Shown here: piece after piece, positions 1 to 12,100 of the stretch
Layout: each line of letters opens with the position of its first letter
Position numbering within the stretch: the stretch's first letter is position 1
Assembly (NCBI GenBank): GCA_002709155.1
Contig: PAQA01000060.1
Coordinates: 1 to 54,092 of the forward strand
Reading direction: 5' to 3'
Source: Rhodospirillaceae bacterium
GTDB lineage: Bacteria; Pseudomonadota; Alphaproteobacteria; Thalassobaculales; Thalassobaculaceae
DNA length: 54,092 bases
Translations under genes and position numbers: made by a program
Notes under the pieces: generated by a model
What the model saw: only the letters and a program-made list of their open reading frames with translations
The model's database searches: none
Told to the model about the DNA's origin: nothing

Positions 1-2
1 CC

Positions 3-605
3 TCAGGTCTTGCCGAAGCTCAAGCTTCTATAAAATCGTCAGGAAAACCTGTGGTGATATTAGAACATGCGGATCGAATGAACGACTCAACATATGTGCT
101 ACGAGAATTGTTAGAATTATCCGGAATAAAATCAGCCGCTCCATATTTTTGGGACCCACAAGCGGCCAAAAAGGCTCTATCCAAACGTGTGGGTTCAACC
201 ATACAGCTTTCAATTGGAGGTAATAGTTCAAAGAAAGCGGGAGAACCTATTTCTGTATCAGCAGAAATCATTTGGTCTGGTCAACCAAGCTTTGCTATGG
301 GCGGCGTCATGGGCAAAGGACGCCCTGTAAGCCTAGGCCCTACCGCAATAATACGAGTAAACCAAGTTTTAATATGGTTAATTTCCGCAAATATAAGTGC
401 TATAAACTTAGACCCATTTGAACAGTTTGGCTTCGACCACAAAGACTTTGATATCGTATTACTCCGTTCAAAAACTCACTTTAGAGCTATATGGGAGAAA
501 GAATCCGAAAAAATAATAATAGTGGACACGCCCGACTGGGGTCCTGGATTATTAGACACCTTACCATACCAAAACGCGCGAAAAGGCGTGTTTCCAATTA
601 CATGA
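3..605 (+). CDS. MlrC/M81-family peptidase-like protein, C-terminal part (5' end lies off the window)
   Basis: The frame is open from the window edge (..SGKPVVILEHAD..). Blocks GRPVSLGPTAIIRV, DIVLLRSKTHFRA and IIIVDTPDWGPG..LPY resemble the MlrC C-terminal domain. Confidence 0.6.
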   Translation, partial: SGLAEAQASIKSSGKPVVILEHADRMNDSTYVLRELLELSGIKSAAPYFWDPQAAKKALSKRVGSTIQLSIGGNSSKKAGEPISVSAEIIWSGQPSFAMGGVMGKGRPVSLGPTAIIRVNQVLIWLISANISAINLDPFEQFGFDHKDFDIVLLRSKTHFRAIWEKESEKIIIVDTPDWGPGLLDTLPYQNARKGVFPIT

Positions 606-629
606 AGTTGTCATTCAAATTTCCGGTAT

Positions 630-1871
630 TTATTTCGTTCGTTTTTCTACATCCTCAAAGCCATCAATACGGCGGATAGAAGGAAAACAACGAAACCATA
701 TTCCAGTGACACACAAGGTTGCAATTCCCCCAAGCAACACTGCCGGAATCGTTCCAAGGCCAGCGGCGCACAAACCTGCTCTGAAATCTCCTAGTTCATT
801 AGAGGCATTTATTGATACCGAATTGACCGCACTAACCCTACCCCTCATTTGATCTGGCGTTGCCAATTGAACAAGGGTTAGACGAATATAGACGCTAACC
901 ATATCGGATGCGCCATAGATAGTTAAGGCGATCAATGATAGCCAAAATACTTCCGAAACACTAAAAACAATGATTGAAAATCCAAAAATGAATAAAGAAA
1001 TAAATAAAGAGGGCCCTATGAACCTCGGGGAGACAATCTGCGTGAGCCACAGTCCCATAATGAGGGAACCAACACCCGGCATCGCTCGCATAATTCCTAA
1101 ACCGTCCGCTCCAACGTTCAAGATATCACTGGCATAAATTGGTAATAGCCCCATAACGCCACCAAGCAAAACTGCCATTAAGTCGATTGAAATAGCCCCA
1201 AGAACTATTTTGTCTTTCCATATAAAATTAAACCCTCCAAGTAGGGTTGAAAACGTCATTTTGTCTGGAGCCTCGAGTTTTAATCGAGCGGAAATAATGA
1301 TCGATGAAAGTGCAGACAACGCAAACATCGATAAGGTAACGTAATAAGTCCAATCTCCTGCCCAGGCTATTAGCCCACCGCCGAGTGCTGGGCCAATTAA
1401 TTGCGCTGCTTTATTTACAGAGGATGAATATGCAACCGCTTTTGGAAAAGCTTCCGTAGAAACAATATTAGGTAAAATAGCCTGACCGGCTGTATGGAAA
1501 AATGCCCGCGCCGCCCCATGCAAAACAAGTATTCCGAAGACTATGCGCACATCATTATATTCACCCCAAAGCGCTAACATGAGCATAACAACAACAATAA
1601 AATGGGCTATATTACAAAAGAACAATATGATTCTGCGGTCGTATTTATCGGACACATAACCCGCGATGAGAAACAAGAACAAAGCTGGCAAAAATTGAGC
1701 GAGACCTATATAGCCCAGGTCCAACGGATCACGTGTGAGTTGATAGACGTGCCAACCGACAGCAACCGTAAGTATTTGAACTCCAACGACATTAGAAAAC
1801 CTGCCTATTATAAAAAATAAGAAATCCCTGTTTCGAAGGAGATAATTTAAACTGGTGTCACTTCCTACCAT
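630..1871 (-). CDS. MFS transporter
   Basis: 413 aa, about 12 hydrophobic helices, and a D-K-Y-D-R-R loop after TM2 typical of MFS. Confidence 0.8.
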   Translation of the reverse strand: MVGSDTSLNYLLRNRDFLFFIIGRFSNVVGVQILTVAVGWHVYQLTRDPLDLGYIGLAQFLPALFLFLIAGYVSDKYDRRIILFFCNIAHFIVVVMLMLALWGEYNDVRIVFGILVLHGAARAFFHTAGQAILPNIVSTEAFPKAVAYSSSVNKAAQLIGPALGGGLIAWAGDWTYYVTLSMFALSALSSIIISARLKLEAPDKMTFSTLLGGFNFIWKDKIVLGAISIDLMAVLLGGVMGLLPIYASDILNVGADGLGIMRAMPGVGSLIMGLWLTQIVSPRFIGPSLFISLFIFGFSIIVFSVSEVFWLSLIALTIYGASDMVSVYIRLTLVQLATPDQMRGRVSAVNSVSINASNELGDFRAGLCAAGLGTIPAVLLGGIATLCVTGIWFRCFPSIRRIDGFEDVEKRTK

Positions 1872-2174
1872 CTATCGCTCAATAAAAAAAATCATCCGAA
1901 ATGTCAGATAAATTGACATCAGTTAATTTGGAAAACAAAACACCATTTAATTTGTTGATATGAAGGCTTTTTCAAAATTAATTCAATCATAAACACGATT
2001 ACCTAATCAAATTTTCTAGCGTAACACGAAATAGTATTTCAACGAATATCTAATAGCATTACTGTGATGGTGATGCGTTGCAAGCTGCTACGGCTGCTAG
2101 GGTAGCCGAGAAAGTTTGGCAAAGAGTGTAGATAGAACGGCAATGAGTGACAGCAGGTCTAGGATGGAAGCAAT

Positions 2175-3050
2175 ATGATTAATATTCAAACTACGGGAGG
2201 CGCATGCGGCGCAGTAGTTAGTGGGATAGATCTATCGAAAGATCTAACCGATGATATAATGTCAGATTTGACAAAAGCTTTATATGATCATCGATGCCTG
2301 ATCATAAAAAACCAAGAAATAACCAAAGACACATATTATCAATTCGCCAAACAATGGGGAGATTTGATACGTCACGTTTTAGATTATCTGCGCATGCCTG
2401 GATATCCAGAAATGATGGCGATTGGAAACACGGAAGAAAAAGATAAAGACGACGCTGTTAGAAATGGCGCAGCAGTTTGGCACACAGACGGTTCCTACAT
2501 TGAGGACCCTACTACTGTAACAATGTTGCATGCAATAAAGATCCCTAAAACAGGGGGTGAAACACTAATAGCCGATATGGTTCAAGCATATGAAAGCCTG
2601 GAACCAAGTCTGAAATCTAAGGTGGATACGTTAACTGCCAAACACTATTATGGACGCGCTCAATTTGATGAGGACGAGCATGAACCTGTACCGATCAGAA
2701 CGAAACAACAAGCAGAGACAAATGAAATCTGTGAAAAACCTCTAGTTTTAAAACACCCTGTCTCAGGACATAAGGCCTTATACGCGGTAGCTCATTCTCC
2801 TTTCCAAATAAATGGGATGACTGAAGAGGAGACGCAAGGTTTCCTTGCTCAGCTTAAATCTCATGCCACGCAGCCCAGATTTGTTTATGCCCATCGTTAT
2901 GAAGTGGGAGATATCTTGATCTTCGATACTTTATCAACAATGCATAGAGCTAAGGAGCAAATGGATGCTGCAGAAACTCCTGAGGCAGACAACGCTAGAT
3001 TATTATGGAGATTAAGCACCAAAGGCAGTCCACTAATTTATAGAAAATAA
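2175..3050 (+). CDS. TauD/TfdA-family Fe(II)/2-oxoglutarate dioxygenase
   Basis: 291 aa. WHTDGSY..P...TMLHA..IP..GGET motif (H-x-D iron ligands) and a distal H in TMHRA. Confidence 0.85.
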   Translation: MINIQTTGGACGAVVSGIDLSKDLTDDIMSDLTKALYDHRCLIIKNQEITKDTYYQFAKQWGDLIRHVLDYLRMPGYPEMMAIGNTEEKDKDDAVRNGAAVWHTDGSYIEDPTTVTMLHAIKIPKTGGETLIADMVQAYESLEPSLKSKVDTLTAKHYYGRAQFDEDEHEPVPIRTKQQAETNEICEKPLVLKHPVSGHKALYAVAHSPFQINGMTEEETQGFLAQLKSHATQPRFVYAHRYEVGDILIFDTLSTMHRAKEQMDAAETPEADNARLLWRLSTKGSPLIYRK

Positions 3051-3259
3051 GTTTTTTTGATCTTATCGAAATCCTAGTAAATCTATTTCAAATTTCAAAT
3101 CGAGAAATTGGAGGGTCTCAACCTGCGAACGACTTTTCGATATTTGGCACAATGGCTGCAGGCGTTCAGCCAAAATAGTTAGAAACCCCTAAAAACTAAA
3201 CAACTTCCACTAGAAATCTACTTCATATAGATATACAAGATATGCTAGAGGAGCGAAGA

Positions 3260-5479
3260 ATGGACACAACATCTGCGCAAATAAGTGAAACTAAATTTGC
3301 AGACGCGCTTAGCGAAAGATATTTGGCTTACGCACTTTCGACAATAATGTCGAGATCTTTGCCAGATGTACGTGATGGGCTTAAACCAGTACACCGCCGC
3401 TTATTATTCGCCATGCGACAATTGCGCTTAGCGCCAGATGATGCATTTAAAAAGTCGGCACGAGTTGTTGGCGATGTGATGGGCAAGTTCCATCCACATG
3501 GCGACACCGCGATATATGATGCTATGGTGCGCTTAGCACAAGACTTTTCTCAACGTTACCCGTTGGTTGACGGACAAGGGAACTTCGGAAATATAGATGG
3601 AGATAACGCTGCGGCCATGCGTTATACCGAAGCCCGATTAACTACCGTGGCAGAGAGCCTTCTTCAAGGAATAGATGAAGACGCAGTTGATTTTAAGAAT
3701 ACTTATGACGGAGAAGGAAATGAACCTCTCGTTCTACCAGCCGCCTTTCCAAACCTTCTGGCAAATGGAGCACAAGGCATTGCGGTGGGCATGGCAACTT
3801 CTATTCCACCCCACAATGTTGAAGAATTATGTGATGCACTTCTCCACCTCATAAATCACCCAAATACGTCATTTGAAACTCTCTTCCGGTATATTCCAGG
3901 GCCCGATTTCCCAACCGGCGGCGTTTTGGTTGACACTCCCGAAACAATTATCGATGCATATAAAACTGGCAAAGGAAGTTTTAGATTAAGGGCACGCTGG
4001 GACGTAGAAAAATTAAAAAATGGCACCTACCAGATAGTTGTCACAGAAATTCCCTACCAAGTCCAAAAATCGAGATTAGTGGAGAAGCTAGCCGAATTAC
4101 TTGAAAATAAAAAATTGAACCTTTTAAGTGACGTTCAAGACGAATCTGCTGAAGACCTTAGACTGGTTTTAGAACCCAAAAGTAGAAATATTGATCCTGC
4201 TCTCTTGATGGAAAGTTTATTTAAACAGTGCGACCTTGAAGTACGTATTAGCTTAAACCTTAACGTTTTAGATGCAGAGCAAACTCCAAGAGTAATGTCT
4301 TTGAGGGAGGCCTTAAACGCTTTTCTGGCACATCGACATGAAGTTTTGGTCAGACGCTCTAATTTTCGTTTAGGTAAAATAAAGAGCAGATTGGAAGTGC
4401 TTTCGGGTTACCTTATAGCCTTTTTAAATATCGATGAGGTTATTCGAATTATAAGAGAAGAAGATCATCCAAAACAAAAAATGATGAACGATTTTGAGCT
4501 CACCGAAAATCAGGCAGAAGCAATTTTAAATATGAGACTCCGATCCCTGAGGAAGTTAGAGGAAATAGCAATCCGTAAAGAATTTGAGGAGTTGACGGCT
4601 GAAAAATTGGATATAACGGCCCTTTTAAATGACGAAAAGCGAAGATGGAAGATAATTGCCGCGGAGATAAAAAATGTCAAAAACGACTTTGGCAAAAATT
4701 CTATTTTAGGTCCCCGGCGTACAGAAATTGGTCAACCACCGTCTGCGATTATTATCCCTATTGAAGCAATCGTAGGGAGGGAACCAATAACTATTATATG
4801 TTCAGATAGAGGATGGATTCGAGCGGTCAAGGGACATTTATCGGATACCAGTGACTTAAAGTTTAAAGATGGCGATACATTAGGCTATATCCTTTTAGCG
4901 GAAACAACAGATCGTATACTGATATTCGCAAGTAACGGACGCTGCTATACTGTGATGGCAGATAAACTCCCACGTGGCCGCGGCCATGGAGAGCCATTGC
5001 GTTTAATGATTGATTTGCCAAACGACCACTGTTTGATATCTCTAGACGTCTTTAAACCCGATGGGCAATTTATCCTTGCTTCGAAAGACGGCAGGGGTTT
5101 TATCGCTGCGTCGAAAGATTTAATTGCACAGACAAAAACTGGCAAACAAATATTGAATGTTTCTGACGACACCAAGGCTTCGATATGTGTTCCTGTTAAC
5201 GGTGACAGTATTGCCGTTGTTGGAACTAATAGAAAATTACTTATCTTCTCAAAAGAAGAATTGCCGCAACTAGCGAAAGGTAAAGGCGTAATTCTTCAAA
5301 AATATAAAGACGGAAAACTTTCTGACATAAAATCTTTCAATGTCAGTGATGGTCTATCATGGCACATGAATGGGGGGCGTCAAAGAACTGAGACTGAACT
5401 TGGTACGTGGATAGGAAAAAGAGCTTCTGCTGGAAGGATACCTCCCACTGGATTTCCTCGTCCACCCAAATTCAATTGA
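3260..5479 (+). CDS. parC: DNA topoisomerase IV subunit A
   Basis: [35 protein letters not shown] and [10 protein letters not shown] (catalytic Tyr) motifs. The ORF opens at 3242, but AGAGGAG lies 6 nt before the ATG at 3260. Confidence 0.9.
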   Translation: MDTTSAQISETKFADALSERYLAYALSTIMSRSLPDVRDGLKPVHRRLLFAMRQLRLAPDDAFKKSARVVGDVMGKFHPHGDTAIYDAMVRLAQDFSQRYPLVDGQGNFGNIDGDNAAAMRYTEARLTTVAESLLQGIDEDAVDFKNTYDGEGNEPLVLPAAFPNLLANGAQGIAVGMATSIPPHNVEELCDALLHLINHPNTSFETLFRYIPGPDFPTGGVLVDTPETIIDAYKTGKGSFRLRARWDVEKLKNGTYQIVVTEIPYQVQKSRLVEKLAELLENKKLNLLSDVQDESAEDLRLVLEPKSRNIDPALLMESLFKQCDLEVRISLNLNVLDAEQTPRVMSLREALNAFLAHRHEVLVRRSNFRLGKIKSRLEVLSGYLIAFLNIDEVIRIIREEDHPKQKMMNDFELTENQAEAILNMRLRSLRKLEEIAIRKEFEELTAEKLDITALLNDEKRRWKIIAAEIKNVKNDFGKNSILGPRRTEIGQPPSAIIIPIEAIVGREPITIICSDRGWIRAVKGHLSDTSDLKFKDGDTLGYILLAETTDRILIFASNGRCYTVMADKLPRGRGHGEPLRLMIDLPNDHCLISLDVFKPDGQFILASKDGRGFIAASKDLIAQTKTGKQILNVSDDTKASICVPVNGDSIAVVGTNRKLLIFSKEELPQLAKGKGVILQKYKDGKLSDIKSFNVSDGLSWHMNGGRQRTETELGTWIGKRASAGRIPPTGFPRPPKFN

Positions 5480-5496
5480 TTCCAGCATTATGAAAA

Positions 5497-5910
5497 CTAT
5501 GCCTGATCGTCGTATTCCAACTGAATAGCTTCCGGCTCATTCTCGTCAGGATATTGTCTGCAATTACCCTCAAAAAAAGCACCCGGCTCTATCGAGAGGC
5601 GGTCCTGGATTAAATCGGCTATGACTTTAGCTCCTTTTACAAGAATAACATGCCGAGCTTTTATCTGACCCGTGACACTTCCCGCGATAGTTACCTCCTC
5701 GGCATCGATAGTGCCTCTGATAACGCCTGATTCACTGACAGTTAGGGTAAAGCTTTTGATGTCCCCATCAATTGTTCCATCAATTTGCATATCTCCCTCA
5801 CTCTCTAAATTTCCTGTAATAGTGAGATCAGAACTCAAAAGGGAGGGTGCGGTTCCCTTTGATGGTCCGGGTATCTTCACTCCATTATCTTTTTTTGAAT
5901 TATTGAACAT
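5497..5910 (-). CDS. Bactofilin (polymer-forming cytoskeletal protein)
   Basis: 137 aa. Repetitive beta-helix pattern (ITGNLESEGDMQIDGTIDGDI...VTIAGSVTGQIKA) with a disordered N-terminus and an acidic C-terminus. Confidence 0.85.
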   Translation of the reverse strand: MFNNSKKDNGVKIPGPSKGTAPSLLSSDLTITGNLESEGDMQIDGTIDGDIKSFTLTVSESGVIRGTIDAEEVTIAGSVTGQIKARHVILVKGAKVIADLIQDRLSIEPGAFFEGNCRQYPDENEPEAIQLEYDDQA

Positions 5911-7354
5911 TTCGCGTCGCCCTTAGAAATCTTCTGGGATTCATAAATTTACCATTATGCCTAATTTCATAATGTACATGGGGCCCCGTGCTTCGTCCTG
6001 AATTTCCCAATAAAGCAATGGTATCGCCCATTTTAACTTTCTGCCCTACTTTCACACGATATCTATACAAATGAGCAAATCGTGTCATCAATCCATGTTG
6101 ATGTAGAATATCTACTGTTCGCCCGTATCTCCCCCTGCGGCCAACATAACTAACTATACCGGGGGCCGTTGCCACAACTTTAGATTTGTAGGGCGCCACA
6201 AAATCTATGCCTCGGTGCATTGCCCAACGACCATTGAACGGATCTTTGCGCCGCCCGTAATGGCTTGAAACATAACCTCTCCGAACAGGAGCTACTAATG
6301 GAAGAACAGAAACTGTATCTCTTAGCTTCTCAAATCGGTTTAATCGCAGTTCTAACTCAGATTCTAACAACACGTTTCCATCTGAATGCTTCATATCTGG
6401 ATGATATGGAATAAAAGGCCCCCCCATTCCCATTATCATACTCTTTGGTAACGGGGCGATATCTTTTAAATTTAACCCTGTCCTGTTCAAAACAGCTTCC
6501 AGGCGATGAATATTCTTCAAAGCTCGGCTTGAAATATCCCTAAGTTTCGCCTCATGTTGCAAGGACTGCTCTTCCTTAGTCGATTCAAGCTTCACTACTT
6601 CGGCACGAAGAGCCTCATTTTTATTTTTAATTTGATCTTTCTCGACCATTACTGCCCGGAGGCTTGCACTGAGAGCCTTTACTTTTTTATTGAGTTGCTC
6701 CGTTTTAATATGCGAATTTTCTAGATTGTTGTTTAACGACCATAATTGGTCACCCATTGCTTCTCTTTCCGCAACCATTTCCGCCTTTTCAGCCTCTACA
6801 GTCTCAAGGTTCCCGCGGAGATTACCAATATGGCTTTCCAACGCATTATTCTTACCCGTCATCCTGCGCAGTTCCTGTCCTATGAGTGCAAACTGTTGGC
6901 CAAGGACTTCTCTTTTCTTATTCTCTTCACTGGGCAGCAACCCGCCATTTGCCGATTTTTTTATACCCTCAGAAATGGACGTAATACCGATCTCTTCTTT
7001 TTTAAAATGAGAAAGCAACGTTGATTGAGTCGCTTTCAGATCTTTAGTAATACCCACTATTGATTGTCGATATTCTGACACCTGATCCAAAAGTTGACTG
7101 TAGGAATTTTGTGCGCTCCAAATTGCTTCATTCTTATCAGAGATCTGAGACACTAAACGCAGATAATCTATCGAAGAATACGTTACCCAACCGGTTGTCG
7201 CCACTCCAGTCGAAAGTAAAACTATCAGAACCCAGCTCTTAAGCGAAAAATACGTGATTTTTCCGGCAGAACGAACAATAACTTCTCGATCACGAAACAC
7301 ATGCTTAAGTATTTCGGTGATTTTTGTACGTTTTAAGTTCCCTAATTCTACCAT
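5900..7354 (-). CDS. Membrane-anchored coiled-coil M23 metallopeptidase (LmdC-like)
   Basis: N-terminal TM helix (WVLIVLLSTGVATTGWV), a long coiled-coil region, and a C-terminal M23 domain with intact HRGIDF and GPHVHYE motifs. Overlaps the bactofilin start by 11 nt. Confidence 0.85.
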   Translation of the reverse strand: MVELGNLKRTKITEILKHVFRDREVIVRSAGKITYFSLKSWVLIVLLSTGVATTGWVTYSSIDYLRLVSQISDKNEAIWSAQNSYSQLLDQVSEYRQSIVGITKDLKATQSTLLSHFKKEEIGITSISEGIKKSANGGLLPSEENKKREVLGQQFALIGQELRRMTGKNNALESHIGNLRGNLETVEAEKAEMVAEREAMGDQLWSLNNNLENSHIKTEQLNKKVKALSASLRAVMVEKDQIKNKNEALRAEVVKLESTKEEQSLQHEAKLRDISSRALKNIHRLEAVLNRTGLNLKDIAPLPKSMIMGMGGPFIPYHPDMKHSDGNVLLESELELRLNRFEKLRDTVSVLPLVAPVRRGYVSSHYGRRKDPFNGRWAMHRGIDFVAPYKSKVVATAPGIVSYVGRRGRYGRTVDILHQHGLMTRFAHLYRYRVKVGQKVKMGDTIALLGNSGRSTGPHVHYEIRHNGKFMNPRRFLRATRNVQ

Positions 7355-7579
7355 AGGAATATTCTCCCATGATCCGTTGTACCTATGTTGGTGGTATTAG
7401 ACAAGGTTTCACACTATATTTAAATCAAAAATAAGCTCTGCGCAGAATATGAAATTCAATAGACAAAACTATCTTTCTCGCTAAACAACTATTTATCCCA
7501 AGGCTGACATTAGTTACAACTATATTATATCTATAAAAAGTAAGGTTACTTTAACTTATCAAAAATAGGCTGCCCCTTT

Positions 7580-8836
7580 ATGAGTAAATACTCCGTTCTG
7601 AGTTTAATAAAAAATGCTTTCAGTGATAACAAGAATTGGGAACGCGCCTGGAGAGATCCAGAACCCAAAAAATATTATGACATTATAATTATTGGCGCAG
7701 GCGGCCACGGCCTTGCTAGCGCGTTTTACCTCGCAAAGAATCATGGAATAAAAAATATTGCAGTTTTAGAGAAAGGGTATCTTGGTGGAGGCAACACAGG
7801 ACGTAATACCACTATCGTGCGCTCCAACTACATGCTTGATGAAAACGCGCTATTTTATGAAAAATCACTTAAGTTATGGGAGCAATTGAGTCACGAGTTG
7901 AATTTCAATGTAATGTTTAGTCAACGAGGCGTTCTGAATTTAGCCAATTCCGACAGCCAAATGGATGCAATCACAAGACGCGGTAACACGATGAGGCTAA
8001 ATGGCATAGATGCGGAGTTGTTAGACAGGCGACAAGTTGAGAAAATGATCCCTTACTTAGATTTTTCCGATACCGCTAGATTTCAGATTAAAGGTGGCTT
8101 ACTTCAACGACGAGGGGGAACAGCAAGGCACGACGCTGTGGCCTGGGGCTTCGCAAGGGGTGCAGATCAACTTGGCGTTGATATCATTCAAAATTGCGAA
8201 GTGACTGGATTTAAAACGAAAGGCAACAATATAGAAATTGTTGAAACGTCAAGGGGGCCTATCGGTTGCGGTAAAGTTGGCTTTGCCGTTGCTGGCAGCA
8301 CAGGCCATTTAGCCTCAAAACTAGGCATGAAACTCCCTATAGAAAGCCATGTATTACAAGCGTTTGTATCAGAACCACTCAAGCCGGTTATTGACCACGT
8401 TGTTACCTTTGGTGCAGGCCATTTCTACATAAGCCAATCCGATAAAGGTGGTCTGGTGTTTGGCGGTGATATAGATATGTACAATTCATACGCTCAAAAA
8501 GGCAACCTTCCATTGATAGAAGATGTTGTGACGGCTGGGTTAGCAATGATACCCGGGCTTTCACGATTACGGATTGTAAGGCACTGGGGTGGAATTATGG
8601 ATATGTCAATGGATGGCAGTCCTATAATCGGCAAATCGCCTATTGATAATCTCTATTTGAATTGCGGTTGGTGTTACGGAGGCTTCAAAGCAACGCCTGG
8701 TTCCGGCTGGGTATTCGCGCATACAATTGCAAATGACGCCCCACATGAGCTGAATGCAGGTTTGAATTTTGACCGATTTAGAGTGGGACGTTCTGTTGAT
8801 GAAAATGGCGGTGGCCCAATTCCGAATAGACATTAG
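7580..8836 (+). CDS. soxB: Sarcosine oxidase subunit beta
   Basis: YDIIIIGAGGHGLASAFYLAKNHGI..VLEKGYLGGGNTGRNTTIVRSNY matches heterotetrameric SoxB. Followed by soxD, soxA and soxG. Confidence 0.95.
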   Translation: MSKYSVLSLIKNAFSDNKNWERAWRDPEPKKYYDIIIIGAGGHGLASAFYLAKNHGIKNIAVLEKGYLGGGNTGRNTTIVRSNYMLDENALFYEKSLKLWEQLSHELNFNVMFSQRGVLNLANSDSQMDAITRRGNTMRLNGIDAELLDRRQVEKMIPYLDFSDTARFQIKGGLLQRRGGTARHDAVAWGFARGADQLGVDIIQNCEVTGFKTKGNNIEIVETSRGPIGCGKVGFAVAGSTGHLASKLGMKLPIESHVLQAFVSEPLKPVIDHVVTFGAGHFYISQSDKGGLVFGGDIDMYNSYAQKGNLPLIEDVVTAGLAMIPGLSRLRIVRHWGGIMDMSMDGSPIIGKSPIDNLYLNCGWCYGGFKATPGSGWVFAHTIANDAPHELNAGLNFDRFRVGRSVDENGGGPIPNRH

Positions 8837-8848
8837 AAAGTTTTAAAA

Positions 8849-9139
8849 ATGATTCGCATCAAGTGTCCTTACTGCGGACTTCGAGACCACTCCGAATTTA
8901 ATTATATTGGAGATGCGACGAAGTTAAGACCTATTAATCCCGAGCTTGCTAACGATGACGAGTGGTTTGATTATATCTATATCAGAGATAATCCCAGAGG
9001 CGTTCATCAAGAGTACTGGCAACATATTTCTGGCTGTAGAAGCTACGTAAAGGTGTTGCGTGATACTGTTACGCATGAAGTATTAAAAACCGGATTGCCC
9101 TCGGATGATCTTCTCTTTAGTTACGAGGCAGAAAAATAA
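8849..9139 (+). CDS. soxD: Sarcosine oxidase subunit delta
   Basis: 96 aa with a CPYCG..H motif, positioned between soxB and soxA. TAATG overlap with soxA. Confidence 0.9.
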   Translation: MIRIKCPYCGLRDHSEFNYIGDATKLRPINPELANDDEWFDYIYIRDNPRGVHQEYWQHISGCRSYVKVLRDTVTHEVLKTGLPSDDLLFSYEAEK

Positions 9140-12100
9140 TGTTCTCTAAAAAAAATAAACAACAAATACGGCGGCTGTCTTCAGGGGGCTTAATCGATAG
9201 ATCTAAACCGATTGGTTTCAAGTTCGATGGAAAACCGTTAATGGGCTATGTGGGAGATACGTTGGCATCGGCCCTATTAGCGAATAACGTAAAACTTGTT
9301 GGAAGGAGTTTCAAATATCATAGGCCACGGGGAATATACACAGCTGGCACAGAAGAACCGAATGCATTAGTGGCATTAAGAACTGATGCGAGAACTGAGC
9401 CAAACACAAGAGCGACAAATATAGAGCTGTTTGACGGACTAGAGGCTAAAAGTCAAAACCGATGGCCCAATTTGTTTTTGGACGTAATGCAAATCAACAA
9501 TCTCGCTGGGCCATTATTTACTGCAGGATTCTATTATAAAACGTTCATGGGAATGCCAGGCTGGCATTTTTATGAATATTTTATTCGGAAAGCCGCAGGT
9601 ATGGGGTCGACCGAGCTAGAGAGAGACCCGGATACTTATGATAAGAAAAATGCATTTTGCGATATTTTAATTATTGGAGGCGGGCCAACTGGATTATCAG
9701 CTGCATTATCGGCTGGCCGTACAGGCGCTAGGGTCTTAATAATCGATAGTTCAAAGCTATTAGGGGGTCAATTAATCTGGGAATTAGATCAAATTGACGA
9801 CAAACCAGCCCTTCAATGGATTGAATCGGCTCTGAAAGAACTAAATGAAATGAAAAACGTAACCATAGCACGACGAACAACCGCGTTTGGTTATTATGAT
9901 AGTAATGTTGTTAATGCCATAGAAAGTGTCTCAGATCACTTACCAACACCAGAACCCCATACGGTTCGACAACGCTTATGGCAAATTAGGGCCCAAAAAG
10001 TGATCATAGCAACAGGGGCAACGGAACGACCATTAGTGTTTTCAAACAATGATCGACCTGGAATTATGTTAGCCTCCGCGGCTCGCCGCTATGCTAATCA
10101 ATTCGCAGTCAAGCCGGGAAATAGAGCTGTTATATTCGCCAATAATGATGACGGTTACAAAACTGCTGTTAATCTGGCCGAAAAAGGCATAGATGTTCGC
10201 GCAGTAGTAGATAGTAGAACCTACGTTAATGAATTCTGGAAAACGAAACTCGATGAACTTGGTGTGGAACTTATCTTAGGTTCAGCGGTGATAAACACTC
10301 ATGGTCATTTTGGTTTAACTGGTGTCGATATAGCATCTTTAAGTTCTGATCAGAAAAGTACAAGTTCTCAATCGACTTTCATCTCTGCCGACCTACTCGC
10401 TATTTCTGGAGGTTGGAGCCCTAATGTCCATTTATATTGCCATGCAGGAGGCAGACCTCAATATGAGGCAAGTATCGCAGCATTTGTCCCCGGGTTAAGA
10501 TCCCAGTCGGAATATCCGGCCGGAGCATCAAACGGCGCTTTCAGTTTAATAGATTGCATCACCGAAGGCACAAATTGTGGGATCCAACTAGCAACGGAAT
10601 TAGGTTTTTCAAAGACAATCTTTTCTATACCCCAAACAGATGAACCAAGTGTAACACCGATCAAAGCGTTGTGGCGAATTCCGGGAAAAGGAAAAAAATT
10701 CGTTGATATTCAAGACGACGTAACTGAATCCGACATAAAACTGGCGCACCAAGAAGGCTATATATCGGTAGAGCATTTAAAACGCTACACCACGTTAGGC
10801 ATGGGTACAGATCAGGGCAAGACAAGTAATATGAATGGCCATGCTATCATGGCAGAGGAAAGAGGAGAAGCTATCGAAACAGTAGGAACTACAATGTTCA
10901 GACCACCATACATACCTATTGCAATGGGACCTCTTGCTGGTAGAGATATTGGTCAATCATATTCAGCAAAAAGAAAATCGGCGATACATAATTGGCATCA
11001 TGAAAACGGCGCTATTTTTATCGATGCGGGACAATGGTTACGTCCTCAATACTATCTTCGAAATGGCGAAGCCAACACAACACAAAATATGGATCTTGCA
11101 ATAACACGAGAAGTCAAGGGAACTCGAGGGAACGTGGGAATGGTCGATGTTTCCACATTAGGAAAAATCGATATACAGGGTGCAGACTCAAGCGAATTTT
11201 TAAATCGTATTTACACCAATGGCTGGACTAAACTGGCTATTGGCAAAGCCAGATACGGCCTAATGCTTCGCGAAGACGGGATTGTTTTTGATGATGGCAC
11301 AACATCGAGGCTCTCGGAACATCATTATTTTATGACAACCACAACGTCTAACGCCGCATCAGTTCTAAGTCATATGGAATACTGCCTGCAGGTTCATTGG
11401 CCCGATCTAGATGTCAAAATATCGTCGATAACCGAGCAGTGGGCAGCCATGGCTATTGCAGGACCAAAAAGCCGCGATGTTCTTCAAAAGACTATAGATG
11501 AAGAAGATCTATCCGATGAAACATTACCATTTATGGGGGTAAAACAAATATCTATCGATGGTATCCCTGCCCTTATTTTTCGGATTAGTTTTTCGGGAGA
11601 GCTGGCGTACGAGGTAAATGTACCCGCTGATTACGGAGAATATGTTTGGCGGCGCATTATGGAAAAAGGAACAACAGATAACATTATTCCATATGGAACC
11701 GAGGCGATGGCAATTATGCGTATTGAAAAAGGTCATGTGGCTGGCGGTGAGCTCGATGGCAGAACGACACCTGATGACCTCGGTATGAACAAATTAATAA
11801 GTTCTAAAAAAGAATTCATCGGCCGTAGGCTATTGCAACGCGACGGTTTTCTAGATCCTAAACGACCAAAACTCGTAGGGCTAATTCCAACAGATGGGAA
11901 ATCAAGAATAAGGACCGGTTCAATTTTGGTTAAGGATCCAAACGCGAGCCTTCCAATGCCAAAATTAGGGCATGTATCCTCTGGCGCTTATCTCAGCCCA
12001 ACATTAAAACACCCAATATCTCTTGGATTAATTACCGGAGGCTCAAAAAGAATTGGAGAGACTGTTTGGGCTACCAGTCCGCTCCATGGAGAGATAAATG

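Noticed and set aside
2065-2170. Relatively GC-rich leader upstream of the TauD-family gene, considered as a possible riboswitch or leader peptide (MVMRCKLLRLLG)
   Set aside because: I could fold only short 4-5 bp hairpins and found no match to riboswitch cores I know (SAM-II/V, glycine, TPP). The 12-codon uORF has no SD.
3145-3160. Sigma-54-like -24/-12 element TGGCAC-N5-CTGCA upstream of parC
   Set aside because: The spacing and the GG/GC dinucleotides fit the consensus. However, a housekeeping parC is not an expected sigma-54 target, no activator gene or UAS is evident, and a single match in 54 kb can occur by chance. The motif also sits inside an imperfect TTTGGC...GCCAAA inverted repeat.
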